Below, one piece after another: positions 50,601-59,538 of a DNA stretch of 64,000 bases. Below the pieces are notes generated by a model. The model was not told the DNA's origin and searched no databases. It saw only the letters and a list, made by a program, of their open reading frames with translations. The DNA is taken from the NCBI GenBank assembly GCA_964016885.1, contig OZ024743.1, forward strand, positions 201,314,001 through 201,378,000, read 5' to 3'. The position numbers were made by a program, and so were the translations under genes. The stretch is from Eledone cirrhosa. Lineage: Eukaryota. Each line of letters starts with the position of its first letter. The first letter of the stretch is position 1.

Positions 50601-53600
50601 TTGTTGGTGGTGCTGTTGTTGTTGGTGGTGCTGTTGTTGTTGGTGGTGCTGTTGTTGTTGGTGGTGTTGTTGTTGGTGGTGGTATTGTTGTTGGTGGTGC
50701 TGTTGTTGTTGGTGGTGTTGTTGTTGGTGGTGCTGTTGTTGTTGGTGGTGCTGTTGTTGGTGGTGGTGCTGTTGTTGGTGGTGGTGCTGTTGTTGTTGGT
50801 GGTGCTGTTGTTGTTGGTGGTGCTGTTGTTGTTGGTGGTGCTGTTGTTGGTGGTGGTGCTGTTGTTGGTGGTGGTGCTGTTGGTGGTGGTGCTGTTGTTG
50901 GTGGTGCTGTTGTTGGTGGTGGTGCTGTTGTTGTTGGTGGTGCTGTTGTTGTTGGTGGTGCTGTTGTTGTTGGTGGTGCTGTTGTTGGTGGTGGTGCTGT
51001 TGGTGGTGGTGGTGCTGTTGTTGTTGGTGGTGCTGTTGTTGTTGGTGGTGCTGTTGTTGGTGGTGGTGCTGTTGTTGGTGGTGGTGCTGTTGTTGTTGGT
51101 GGTGCTGTTGTTGTTGGTGGTGCTGTTGTTGGTGGTGGTGCTGTTGTTGGTGGTGGTGCTGTTGTTGGTGGTGGTGCTGTTGTTGTTGGTGGTGCTGTTG
51201 TTGTTGGTGGTGCTGTTGTTGTTGGTGGTGCTGTTGTTGGTGGTGGTGCTGTTGTTGGTGGTGGTGCTGTTGGTGGTGGTGCTGTTGTTGGTGGTGCTGT
51301 TGTTGGTGGTGGTGCTGTTGTTGTTGGTGGTGCTGTTGTTGTTGGTGGTGCTGTTGTTGTTGGTGGTGCTGTTGTTGGTGGTGGTGCTGTTGGTGGTGGT
51401 GGTGCTGTTGTTGTTGGTGGTGCTGTTGTTGTTGGTGGTGCTGTTGTTGTTGGTGGTGCTGTTGTTGTTGGTGGTGCTGTTGTTGTTGGTGGTGCTGTTG
51501 TTGTTGGTGGTGCTGTTGTTGTTGGTGGTGCTGTTGTTGGTGGTGGTGCTGTTGTTGGTGGTGGTGCTGTTGTTGTTGGTGGTGCTGTTGTTGTTGGTGG
51601 TGCTGTTGTTGTTGGTGGTGCTGTTGTTGGTGGTGGTGCTGTTGTTGGTGGTGGTGCTGTTGGTGGTGGTGCTGTTGTTGGTGGTGCTGTTGTTGGTGGT
51701 GGTGCTGTTGTTGTTGGTGGTGCTGTTGTTGTTGGTGGTGCTGTTGTTGTTGGTGGTGCTGTTGTTGGTGGTGGTGCTGTTGGTGGTGGTGCTGTTGTTG
51801 GTGGTGGTGCTGTTGTTGTTGGTGGTGTTGTTGTTGGTGGTGCTGTTGTTGGTGGTGGTGCTGTTGTTGGTGGTGGTGCTGTTGTTGGTGGTGGTGCTGT
51901 TGTTGGTGGTGATGCTGTTGTTGGTGGTGGTGCTGTTGTTGGTGGTGCTGCTGTGGTTGGTGGTGCTGTTGTTGGTGGTGGTGTTGTTGTTGTTGGTGGT
52001 GCTGTTGTTGGTGGTGGTGCTGTTGTTGTTGGTGGTGGTGTTGTTGGTGGTGGTGCTGTTGTTGTTGGTGGTGCTGTTGTTGTTGGTGGTGCTGTTGTTG
52101 GTGGTGGTGCTGTTGTTGTTGGTGGTGGTGTTGTTGGTGGTGGTGCTGTTGTTGTTGGTGGTGGTGTTGTTGTTGGTGGTGCTGTTGTTGGTGGTGGTGG
52201 TGTGTTGGTGGTGGTGTTGTTGGTGGTGCTGTTGTTGTTGGTGGTGCTGTTGTTGGTGGTGGTGCTGTTGTTGGTGGTGGTGCTGTTGTTGGTGGTGGTG
52301 CTGTTGTTGTTGGTGGTGCTGTTGTTGTTGGTGGTGCTGTTGTTGGTGTTGGTGGTGTTGTTGTTGGTGGTGCTGTTGTTGGTGGTGGTGCTGTTGTTGG
52401 TGGTGGTGCTGTTGTTGGTGGTGGTGCTGTTGTTGGTGGTGATGCTGTTGTTGGTGGTGGTGCTGTTGTTGGTGGTGCTGTTGTTGTTGGTGGTGCTGTT
52501 GTTGGTGGTGGTGCTGTTGTTGGTGGTGGTGCTGTTGTTGGTGGTGGTGCTGTTGTTGGTGGTGCTGTTGTTGTTGGTGGTGCTGTTGTTGTTGGTGGTG
52601 CTGTTGTTATTGGTGGTGCTGTTGTTGGTGGTGGTGGTGTTGTTGTTGGTGGTGCTGTTGTTGGTGGTGCTGTTGTTGGTGGTGGTGCTGTTGTTGGTGG
52701 TGGTGCTGTTGTTGGTGGTGGTGCTGTTGTTGTTATTGGTGGTGCTGTTGTTGTTGGTGGTGGTTGTGTTGGTGTTGGTGCTGTTGTTGGTGATGGTGCT
52801 GTTGTTGGTGGTGGTGCTGTTGTTGGTGGTGGTGATGTTGTTTGTGGTGGTGGTGCTGTTGTTGGTGGTGGTGCTGTTGTTGTTGGTGCTGTTGTTGGTG
52901 GTGGTGCTGTTGTTGGTGGTGGTGCTGTTGTTGGTGGTGGTGATGTTGTTTGTGGTGGTGGTGCTGTTGTTGGTGGTGGTGCTGTTGTTGGTGGTGGTGG
53001 TGGTGTTGGTGTTGGTGCTGTTGTTGGTGGTGGTGCTGTTGTTGGTGGTGGTGATGTTGTTTGTGGTGGTGGTGCTGTTGTTGGTGGTGGTGCTGTTGTT
53101 GGTGGTGGTGCTGTTGTTGGTGGTGGTGCTGTTGTTGGTGGTGGTGCTGTTGTTGGTGATGTTGTTTGTGGTGGTGGTGCTGTTGTTGGTGGTGGTGCTG
53201 TTGTTGGTGGTGGTGGTGGTGTTGGTGTTGGTGCTGTTGTTGGTGGTGATGCTGTTGTTGGTGGTGGTGCTGTTGTTGGTGGTGGTGCTGTTGTTGGTGA
53301 TGTTGTTTGTGGTGGTGGTGCTGTTGTTGGTGGTGGTGCTGTTGTTGGTGGTGGTGGTGGTGTTGGTGTTGGTGCTGTTGTTGGTGGTGGTGCTGTTGTT
53401 GGTGGTGGTGCTGTTGTTGGTGGTGATGCTGTTGTTTGTGGTGGTTCTTTTGTTGTTGGTGGTGCTGTTATTGGTGGTGCTGTTGTTGGTGGTGGTGGTG
53501 GTGTTGGTGTTGGTGCTGTTGTTGTTGTTGGTGGTGCTGTTGTTGGTGGTGGTGCTGTTGTTGGTGGTGATGCTGTTGTTGGTGGTGGTTCTTTTGTTGT

Positions 53601-55955
53601 TGGTGGTGTTGTTGTTGTTGTTGGTGGTGCTGTTGTTGTTGTTGGTGGTGCTGTTGTTGGTGGTGGTGCTGTTGTTGGTGGTGCTGTTGTTGGTGGTGGT
53701 GCTGTTGTTGTGGTGCTGTTGTTGGTGGTGGTGCTGTTGTTGGTGGTGGTGCTGTTGTTGGTGGTGGTGCTGTTGTTGGTGGTGGTGCTGTTGTTGGTGG
53801 TGCTGTTGTTGGTGGTGGTGCTGTTGTTGGTGGTGGTGCTGTTGTTGGTGGTGGTGCTATTGTTGGTGGTGCTGTTGTTGGTGGTGGTGCTGTTGTTGGT
53901 GGTGCTGTGGTTGGTGGTGGTGGTGCTGTGGTTGGTGGTGGTGCTGTTGTTGGTGGTGGTGGTATTGTTGTTGATGGTGGTGTTGATGGTGGTGCTGTTG
54001 TTGTTGGTGGTGCTGTTGGTGGTGGTGCTGTTATTGGTGGTGGTGCTGTTGTTGTTGGTGGTGGTGCTGTTGTTGGTGGTGGGGCTGTTGTTTGTGGTGG
54101 TGCTGTTGTTGTTGGTGGTGCTGTTGTTGTTGGTGGTGGTGGTGGTGGTGTTGGTGTTGGTGCTGTTGTTGTTGATGGTGTTGCTGTTGTTGGTGGTGAT
54201 GCTGTTGTTGGTGGTGGTGGTGCTGTTGTTGGTGGTGGTGGTGGTGTTGGTGTTGGTGCTGTTGTTGGTGGTGATGCTGTTGTTGGTGGTGGTGCTGTTG
54301 TTGGTGGTGGTGCTGTTGTTGGTGGTGGTGCTGTTGTTGGTGGTGGTGCTGTTGTTGGTGGTGCTGTTGTTGGTGGTGGTGCTGTTGTTGGTGGTGGTGC
54401 TGTTGTTGGTGGTGGTGCTATTGTTGGTGGTGCTGTTGTTGGTGGTGGTGCTGTTGTTGGTGGTGCTGTGGTTGGTGGTGGTGGTGCTGTGGTTGGTGGT
54501 GGTGCTGTTGTTGGTGGTGGTGGTATTGTTGTTGATGGTGGTGTTGATGGTGGTGCTGTTGTTGTTGGTGGTGCTGTTGGTGGTGGTGCTGTTATTGGTG
54601 GTGGTGCTGTTGTTGTTGGTGGTGGTGCTGTTGTTGGTGGTGGGGCTGTTGTTTGTGGTGGTGCTGTTGTTGTTGGTGGTGCTGTTGTTGTTGGTGGTGG
54701 TGGTGGTGGTGTTGGTGTTGGTGCTGTTGTTGTTGATGGTGTTGCTGTTGTTGGTGGTGATGCTGTTGTTGGTGGTGGTGGTGCTGTTGTTGGTGGTGGT
54801 GGGGCTGGTGTTCGTGGTGGTGGTGGTGTTGGTGTTGGTGCTGTTGTTGTTGGTGGTGGTGCTGTTGGTGGTGGTGCTGTTGTTGGTGGTGGTGCTGTTG
54901 TTAGTGGTGGTGCTGTTGGTGGTGGTGGTGCTGTTGTTGCTGGTGGTGCTGTTGTTGGTGGTGGTGCTTCTTGTTGGTGGTGGTGCTGTTGTTGGTGGTG
55001 GTGCTGTTGTTGTTGGTGGTGCTGTTGTTGTTGGTGGTGGTGTTGTTGTTGGTTGTGGTGCTGTTGTTGGTGGTGGTGCTGTTGTTGGTGGTGGTGCTGT
55101 TGGTGGTGTTGGTGCTGTTGTTGCTGGTGGTGCTGTTGTTGGTGGTGGTGCTGTTGTTGGTGGTGGTGCTGTTGATGGTGGCGGTGCTGTTGTTGGTGGT
55201 GGTGCTGTTGGTGGTGTTGGTGCTGTTGTTGCTGGTGGTGCTGTTGTTGGTGTTGGTGCTGTTGTTGGTGGTGGTGCTGTTGTTGGTGGTGGTGCTGTTG
55301 TTGTTGGTGGTGGTGCTGTTGGTGGTGGTGCTGTTGTTGTTGGCGGTGCTGTTGTTGTTATTGTTGCTGTTGTTGTTGCTGGTGCTGTTGTTGGTGGTGG
55401 TGCTGTTGTTGGTGGTGGTGCTGTTGTTGTTGGTGGTGGTGTTGTTGTTGGTTGTGGTGCTGTTGTTGGTGGTGGTGCTGTTGTTGGTGGTGGTGGTGTT
55501 GTTGTTGGTTGTGGTACTGTTGTTGGTGGTGGTGCTGTTGTTTTTGGTGGTGCTGTTGTTGGTGGTGGTGGTGTTGTTGTTGGTTGTGGTGCTGTTGTTG
55601 GTGGTGGTGCTGTTGTTGGTGGTGCTGTTGTTGTTGGTGGTGCTGTTGTTGTTGGTGCTGGTGTTGTTGTTGGTGCTGTGGTTGGTGGTGGTGGTGTTGT
55701 TGTTGGTGGTGGTGCTGTTGTTGGTGGTGCTGTTGTTGGTGTTGGTGCTGTTGTTGGTGGTGGTGCTGTTGTCGGTGGTGCTGTTGTTGTTATTGTTGCT
55801 CTTGTTGGTTGTGTTGCTTTTCTTTCTGTTTTTGTTGTTCCTGTTGTTGTTGGTAGCAGTGCTGTTGTTGTTGTTGGTGTTGTTGTTGTAGTGACTGTAA
55901 TTTTGTTATAGCTGTTGTTGTTGTTATTGTTATTGTTGTTGTGATTGTGTTGTTG
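1..55955 (-). CDS. Possible mucin-like Pro/Thr/Ala-rich (PTS-type) repeat region, TTAPPP/TTTAPP; interrupted as assembled, coding status unproven
   Basis: Reverse complement in the ACA/GCA/CCA register reads ITVTTTTTPTTTTALLPTTTGTTKTERKATQPTRATITTTAPPTTAPPP..., and the common GAT variant becomes Ser. Against: no ATG, signal peptide or clear splice acceptor seen; TAA at 55958-55956 upstream; 23 register breaks; in-register TAA at 35637-35635. Confidence 0.22.
14135..24200. repeat. Higher-order repeat copy 2 (A' plus partial B'); right boundary approximate
   Basis: Near-identical to 1-~9800 apart from a net 261-bp (87-triplet) gain near 16.8-17.3 kb (track ORFs of 1826 vs 1913 aa) and a few substitutions, e.g. 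TGT at 3447, ATT at 5561 and GAT at 21906, each in one copy only. Confidence 0.88.
53712..54800. repeat. 561-bp tandem duplication inside the array
   Basis: GCTATT at 53856/54417 and GGTATTGTTGTTGATGGTGGTGTTGAT at 53961/54522, both offset 561. Confidence 0.85.
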
Positions 55956-56037
55956 TTATGGCTGTTAATCTTGTTACTACTGCTTCTATTGCTCTTGTTG
56001 TGGTTGTAGGTACTATGGATGGTTGTGATGTTGTTGA

Positions 56038-56240
56038 TTAGCCGTAGGTCAGTACTGCCCAAACAGACATATGGTTAAAGACACTCCAGTTGTGTACATC
56101 CCATAGATTTTTTTCATATTAATCTATCTAGAACTTCACTCCTATCAAATATGTCATATCTTCTTTAAGAAGGTAGACTATGGAACAAGGGAGATTTGGC
56201 TGCTATTGCTAACAGTTTGAATGACTGTATAGAGCTCCCA
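56038..56240 (-). mobile_element. Diverged SINE-like retroposon, copy 1; its (AAC)n tail is continuous with the giant array
   Basis: 56038-56091 aligns ungapped to 56277-56330 (36/54 identical). It shares a GGAGATTTGGCTG..T.CTA.CA motif with the copies at ~56426 and ~57784. The minus-strand end GGCTAA is followed by AAC-type repeats. Confidence 0.7.
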
Positions 56241-56260
56241 CTCCACCCAACTAGTTTATA

Positions 56261-56465
56261 TTGATGTTGTTGTTGTTTAGCCCTAGGCCACACCTGATCC
56301 CACAGACTTACAATGAAAGATGTTCCAATTTTGAACATCTGATCATTTCTTTTCAGACATTACAGCTCAGACTATCTTTCCAATATGTTCTTTCTTTTTC
56401 TTCAGATAGCAAAGTGTTATATAAAGGAAATATGGCTCTTATTTCTAGCAGAATTCAATTCAACC
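56261..56465 (-). mobile_element. Same SINE-like family, copy 2, with a short (AAC)4 tail; head-to-tail with copy 1
   Basis: GTTGTTGTTGTTTAGCCCTAGG...CAGACTTA...TCCAATATGTTCTTT...GGAAATATGGCTCTTATTTCTAGCAG. A further tail remnant, TTGTTTAGCTCC, lies at ~56494-56505. Confidence 0.7.
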
Positions 56466-56529
56466 TAGTAACCGTTTGTTGATATTGTTGGTCTTGTTTA
56501 GCTCCAAATTAAAATTAGGCTGTCAAATT

Positions 56530-56645
56530 AAGTGCTTTGTAGCATTTGTTCTGGCCCTCTATGCTCCGAGTTAAAATGCTATGAAGGTCAACTTTGCCTT
56601 TTATCTTTTACGGTTGATAAATAAAGTGCTAGTTTGACTACCCTA
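56530..56645 (+). mobile_element. Degenerate SINE fragment (B-box-like GAGTTAAAAT plus conserved-body-like segment)
   Basis: CCGAGTTAAAATGCTATGAAGGTCAACTTTGCCTTTTATCTTTTACGGTTGATAAATAAAGTGCTAG resembles a widespread SINE body I recall as GTCGACTTTGCCTTTCATCCTTTCGGGGTCGATAAA. Recognition from memory only. Confidence 0.5.
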
Positions 56646-56702
56646 AATATACAAACACTTACACTACATATATATATATACACTATATACAAACCAGTAT
56701 AG

Positions 56703-57342
56703 TGGAAAACATAAAGTCTTTGTGTTTTATTTTCTAAATACTGTATTATGACGAGCCTGGTACTTATCCCTTGAGCTCATTAAATTACAGGAGATTAACG
56801 TGAGTTTTTAACTCCGTTTTTTTCATTTGATATTTTGGCTCCTAACTAATTTCTTTATGTTAGTGGAGCTTTTTAAGTTAAATGGTTATGGGCTGCTATT
56901 TCTAGCGTTTATTTTTAATCCATTCAAGTCACTATGTACTGTCTGGCTCGCATGTTTTTGTCTCTTCTCTCACCATGTGCGATATTTCAGTTGTCTGAAG
57001 TTTCTTTAGAAGTGTCGACCATATCGTCTTTACACCTGTTGAGAAGCCCTGAGAGGTATTGTATCGGCACTTTTTATGATGAAACATTCTCTCTTTAGAG
57101 TTTGTCCAGGTGTTTTATCGTTTGTCTGTGCATTTTGATTTACTCTTTTAATTAATATGTATTTTCCACTCCTTTCATAGACTTTATGCTTTTTACTCTA
57201 GTGGTTCTCTACCACTCGTAATTGAAAACATACTCTTTTGTGTTTTCTTCTCTATATACTGTATTATGAAGAGCCCGGTACTTATTCCTTGAGATAATAA
57301 AATTACAGGGGATTAACACGATTTTTTAACTCCGTTTTTTCA
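56703..57342. mobile_element. Small element bounded by ~120-bp TG...CA direct repeats (TRIM/LTR-like)
   Basis: 56703-56825 (TGGAAAACATA...AACTCCGTTTTTTTCA) and 57223-57342 (TGAAAACATA...AACTCCGTTTTTTCA) are diverged direct repeats around a ~400-bp interior with no recognisable protein. Flanks are TA-rich and no clean TSD is visible. Confidence 0.55.
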
Positions 57343-57444
57343 TTATATATATATGTGTGTAAAAGGTAAACAGAAACAAAAAGCAAATGACACAGTATAT
57401 TGAAGAAATATATTAGTTTAGCACTCGAAATAGCAGGAAAAGAG

Positions 57445-57480
57445 TCTTAACATTTTGGACACTAGACCTTCATCAGAAAA
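57445..57480 (-). ncRNA. Decayed minimal hammerhead-ribozyme motif of Penelope-like element type
   Basis: Minus strand: CTGATGA-A-GG-TCTAGTGT-CC-AAAATGTTAA. This matches CTGATGA-stemII-GAAACGTTA if two CpG transitions are reversed. Confidence 0.4.
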
Positions 57481-57627
57481 TGGCGTTAGAAATAGAAGAT
57501 CAAATAGAAAGATAAAGAATGCTAAGAGGAAGGAATGGGGGAAAAATTAAGAAAAATAAATGGAGGGAGAAAAAACTTTTGTGCATATTCAGTCAACCAT
57601 TTTGGAGATTTCATTATGTATAAGCTA

Positions 57628-57890
57628 GTGATGTTCAAGCTGAAGTTTACCCTGATGAAGCAACCATATGATCAAAATCATTCTATTCTTGGCCAATCCA
57701 TCTTTTGTTTCAGACACAGTATCCATCAGACCACATTATCCAATGTGCCCTGTTTTTTTTAAGATAATAAGGCATTCTTCAAAGGAGATTTGGCTGTTGT
57801 TTCTAGCAAGTCAAGTGACCACATACAAGTTCCCTCACTGATGCAGGCTTATCCCTAATAAGCCCTGATTGAACAGACTTTATTAAGACA
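57628..57890 (-). mobile_element. Third copy of the (AAC)-tailed SINE-like family plus a fragment of another
   Basis: CCCTGATGAAGCAACCATATGATCAAAATCATTC...TTTCAGACAC...TCCAATGTGCCCTG...GGAGATTTGGCTGTTGTTTCTAGCAAG is colinear with copies 1 and 2. AGCCCTGATTGAACAGACTT recurs at ~57861. Confidence 0.6.
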
Positions 57891-58157
57891 GTAAGGGTGT
57901 AGTAAAGATACAGATGTGGTTAAATTTGGTGCAGCAAAGGGACTGATAAATTGAGCTTGCAGTTACACACATAGCTTGTATGTCAGGGAGTGTATTATGT
58001 GATTATGTATGACCTAGTGATTAGTGTGTTTGATACACAATTGTATGCCATGAGTTTTATTTCTCATGCTAGGTTGATCAAGACTTTTCATTTGCTTGAT
58101 CAAGACATTTTTATTTATTTCATGTTGCTCCACTCCACTCAGGTAGGCCAAACTAAT

Positions 58158-58343
58158 TCATCATCATCATCATCATCGTTTAACGTCCATCTTCCACGCT
58201 AGCATGGGTTTGGACGGGAATTTTCCCACTTGAGGCAAGATTGGTTGTCTTGCTCATATAGGACTGTCTGGCGGGTTTTCTACGGCTGGATGCCCTTCCT
58301 AACACCAACCACGTTTACAGTGTGGACTGGGAGGTTTTTACCC
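58158..58343 (-). mobile_element. SINE/non-LTR 3' segment with (GAT)n tail
   Basis: (TCA)n-TCGTTTAACGTCCATCTTCCA...TTCTACGGCTGGATGCCCTTCCTAACACCAA. Strongly similar to 60121-60310 and, in reverse complement, to 59760-59885. Confidence 0.8.
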
Positions 58344-58424
58344 TGTTACATACACGGCCACATTACAGCGTGGACTATGTGTTTTTTTGTCGTGACACCT
58401 ACACGACCCCATTTGTTTCGGACT

Positions 58425-58630
58425 GGATGTTGTGGTACCTGTTATTCAAATTGTACCTGCTATTCAAATGGCCATCCTTGTTACACACTATGTTCATGCT
58501 GACTCTCTCCCTACATTAAGGATGCATGTGCCTGTGGAATGCTCAGACACTTGCATGTTAATTTCATAAACAGGGTGTTCCATTGATCAAACGACTGGAC
58601 CGCTAATAGTCGGAACCAATCGAAGTCCTG
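58425..58630 (+). mobile_element. Probable degenerate SINE body/tail fragment
   Basis: CTGTGGAATGCTCAGACACTTGCATGTTAATTTCA...GTTCCATTGATC resembles an octopus interspersed repeat as I recall it. It contains a short tandem duplication, GTACCTG(T/C)TATTCAAAT x2. Confidence 0.35.

Positions 58631-58632
<2 letters not shown>

Positions 58633-58726
<94 letters not shown>
58633..58726. repeat. (CA)n microsatellite
   Basis: Near-perfect CA run of ~90 bp. Confidence 0.97.
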
Positions 58727-58729
<3 letters not shown>

Positions 58730-58734
58730 AAATT

Positions 58735-59247
58735 AAGTGTATAATTGTGTGTGAATGTCTGTGTGAGTGTTTATGTACCTGTGCATATGTAAGTGTGTCT
58801 ATTTGTGCACATGTTTGTGCGGGTGTCTGTTTGTAGATGGTTTTGTGTGAGTGCATGTGTGTTCACATGTATGTGTGTGTGTGTGCTTGTTTGTTCATGT
58901 GTGTGTATGTGTGTGTGTGCTTGTGTATTCATGTGTGTTCGCGCGTGTGTGTGTGTGCTTGTTTGTTCATATGTGTGTGTATGTGTGTGCTTGTGTATTC
59001 ACGTGTGTTTTGTGTGTGTGTGTGTGTGTGTGTGTTCATGTGTGTGTGTGCGTGTGCAATTGTGTTCATGTGTGTGTGTGTGTTTGTGCAATTGTGTTCA
59101 TGTGTGTGTGTGTGTTCATGTGTGTGTGTCTGATTGTGTGTACTTGTGTGTTCATGTGTGTGTGTGTGTGTGTGTGCGTGTGTACTTGTGTCTGCATGTG
59201 TGTGTGTGTGCGTGTGTTCATGTGTGTGTATATGTGTGTGTGTGTGT
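58735..59247. repeat. Degenerate (TG)n with recurring TTCA interruptions
   Basis: TG runs punctuated by GTTCAT, GCTTGT and GCAATT. Confidence 0.93.
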
Positions 59248-59319
59248 CGTTTAATCAATATGAAACAGACCAGTGCTGGCTAAATGTGCACAACTTTGTG
59301 TTGATTGACATGACAAAAG

Positions 59320-59520
59320 ATTGGAGAGAACGAGAGAAAGGACAAGGATAATAGAAATAGATTAAGAGGTAGAGAGAAAGAGAAAGGGAGATGTATAGAA
59401 GTAGGGAGATGGAGAGGTGAGAGGTAGAAAAGAAAAGGAAAAAGATGTGAGTGGACAAGGGGTAGACACTTAATAAAATAGGTATGTAGAGGGGTAGAGA
59501 TAGAGAGAGATGGAGATATA
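59320..59520. repeat. GA-rich low-complexity tract
   Basis: Purine-rich degenerate (GA)n. Confidence 0.8.
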
Positions 59521-59538
59521 TATATAAAGAAGAACAAT

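Larger units (their letters stand above)
1..56037. repeat. Giant cryptic triplet satellite (GGT)n-GCT-(GTT)n, mostly 15-21 bp monomers, >=56 kb, open at the left window edge
   Basis: Plus strand is almost only the triplets GGT, GTT and GCT. Commonest monomers are GGTGGTGGTGCTGTTGTT and GGTGGTGCTGTTGTTGTT. A is nearly absent and C occurs almost only in GCT. From ~55,790 it decays into degenerate (GTT)n. Confidence 0.97.

Noticed and set aside
1-55790. Telomeric repeat array
   Set aside because: G/T skew is telomere-like, but there is no TTAGGG or other fixed telomerase-type unit, and the G-rich strand points toward the unique flank rather than the open end.
2-55911. Huge plus-strand poly-Leu/Val and poly-Trp/Cys ORFs (up to 6424 aa)
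   Set aside because: All stop codons need A, which is almost absent; starts are GTG/TTG by-products; the products are implausible and switch register at indels.
1518-55911. Plus-strand Gly/Val/Ala elastin- or silk-like protein (GGAVVGGG)n
   Set aside because: No non-repetitive terminal domain, essentially no charged or cross-linking residues, repeated frameshifts, and it ends in degenerate microsatellite. Not formally excluded without stranded RNA data.
55790-56062. 90-aa minus-strand ORF as the N-terminus of a mucin
   Set aside because: TTG start inside a SINE-like element, no signal peptide, and it drifts through all three repeat registers before stopping.
56744-56790. Hammerhead motif in the direct repeats (ATGACGAG / ATGAAGAG)
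   Set aside because: Lacks the C of CUGA and a properly placed GAAA in both copies.
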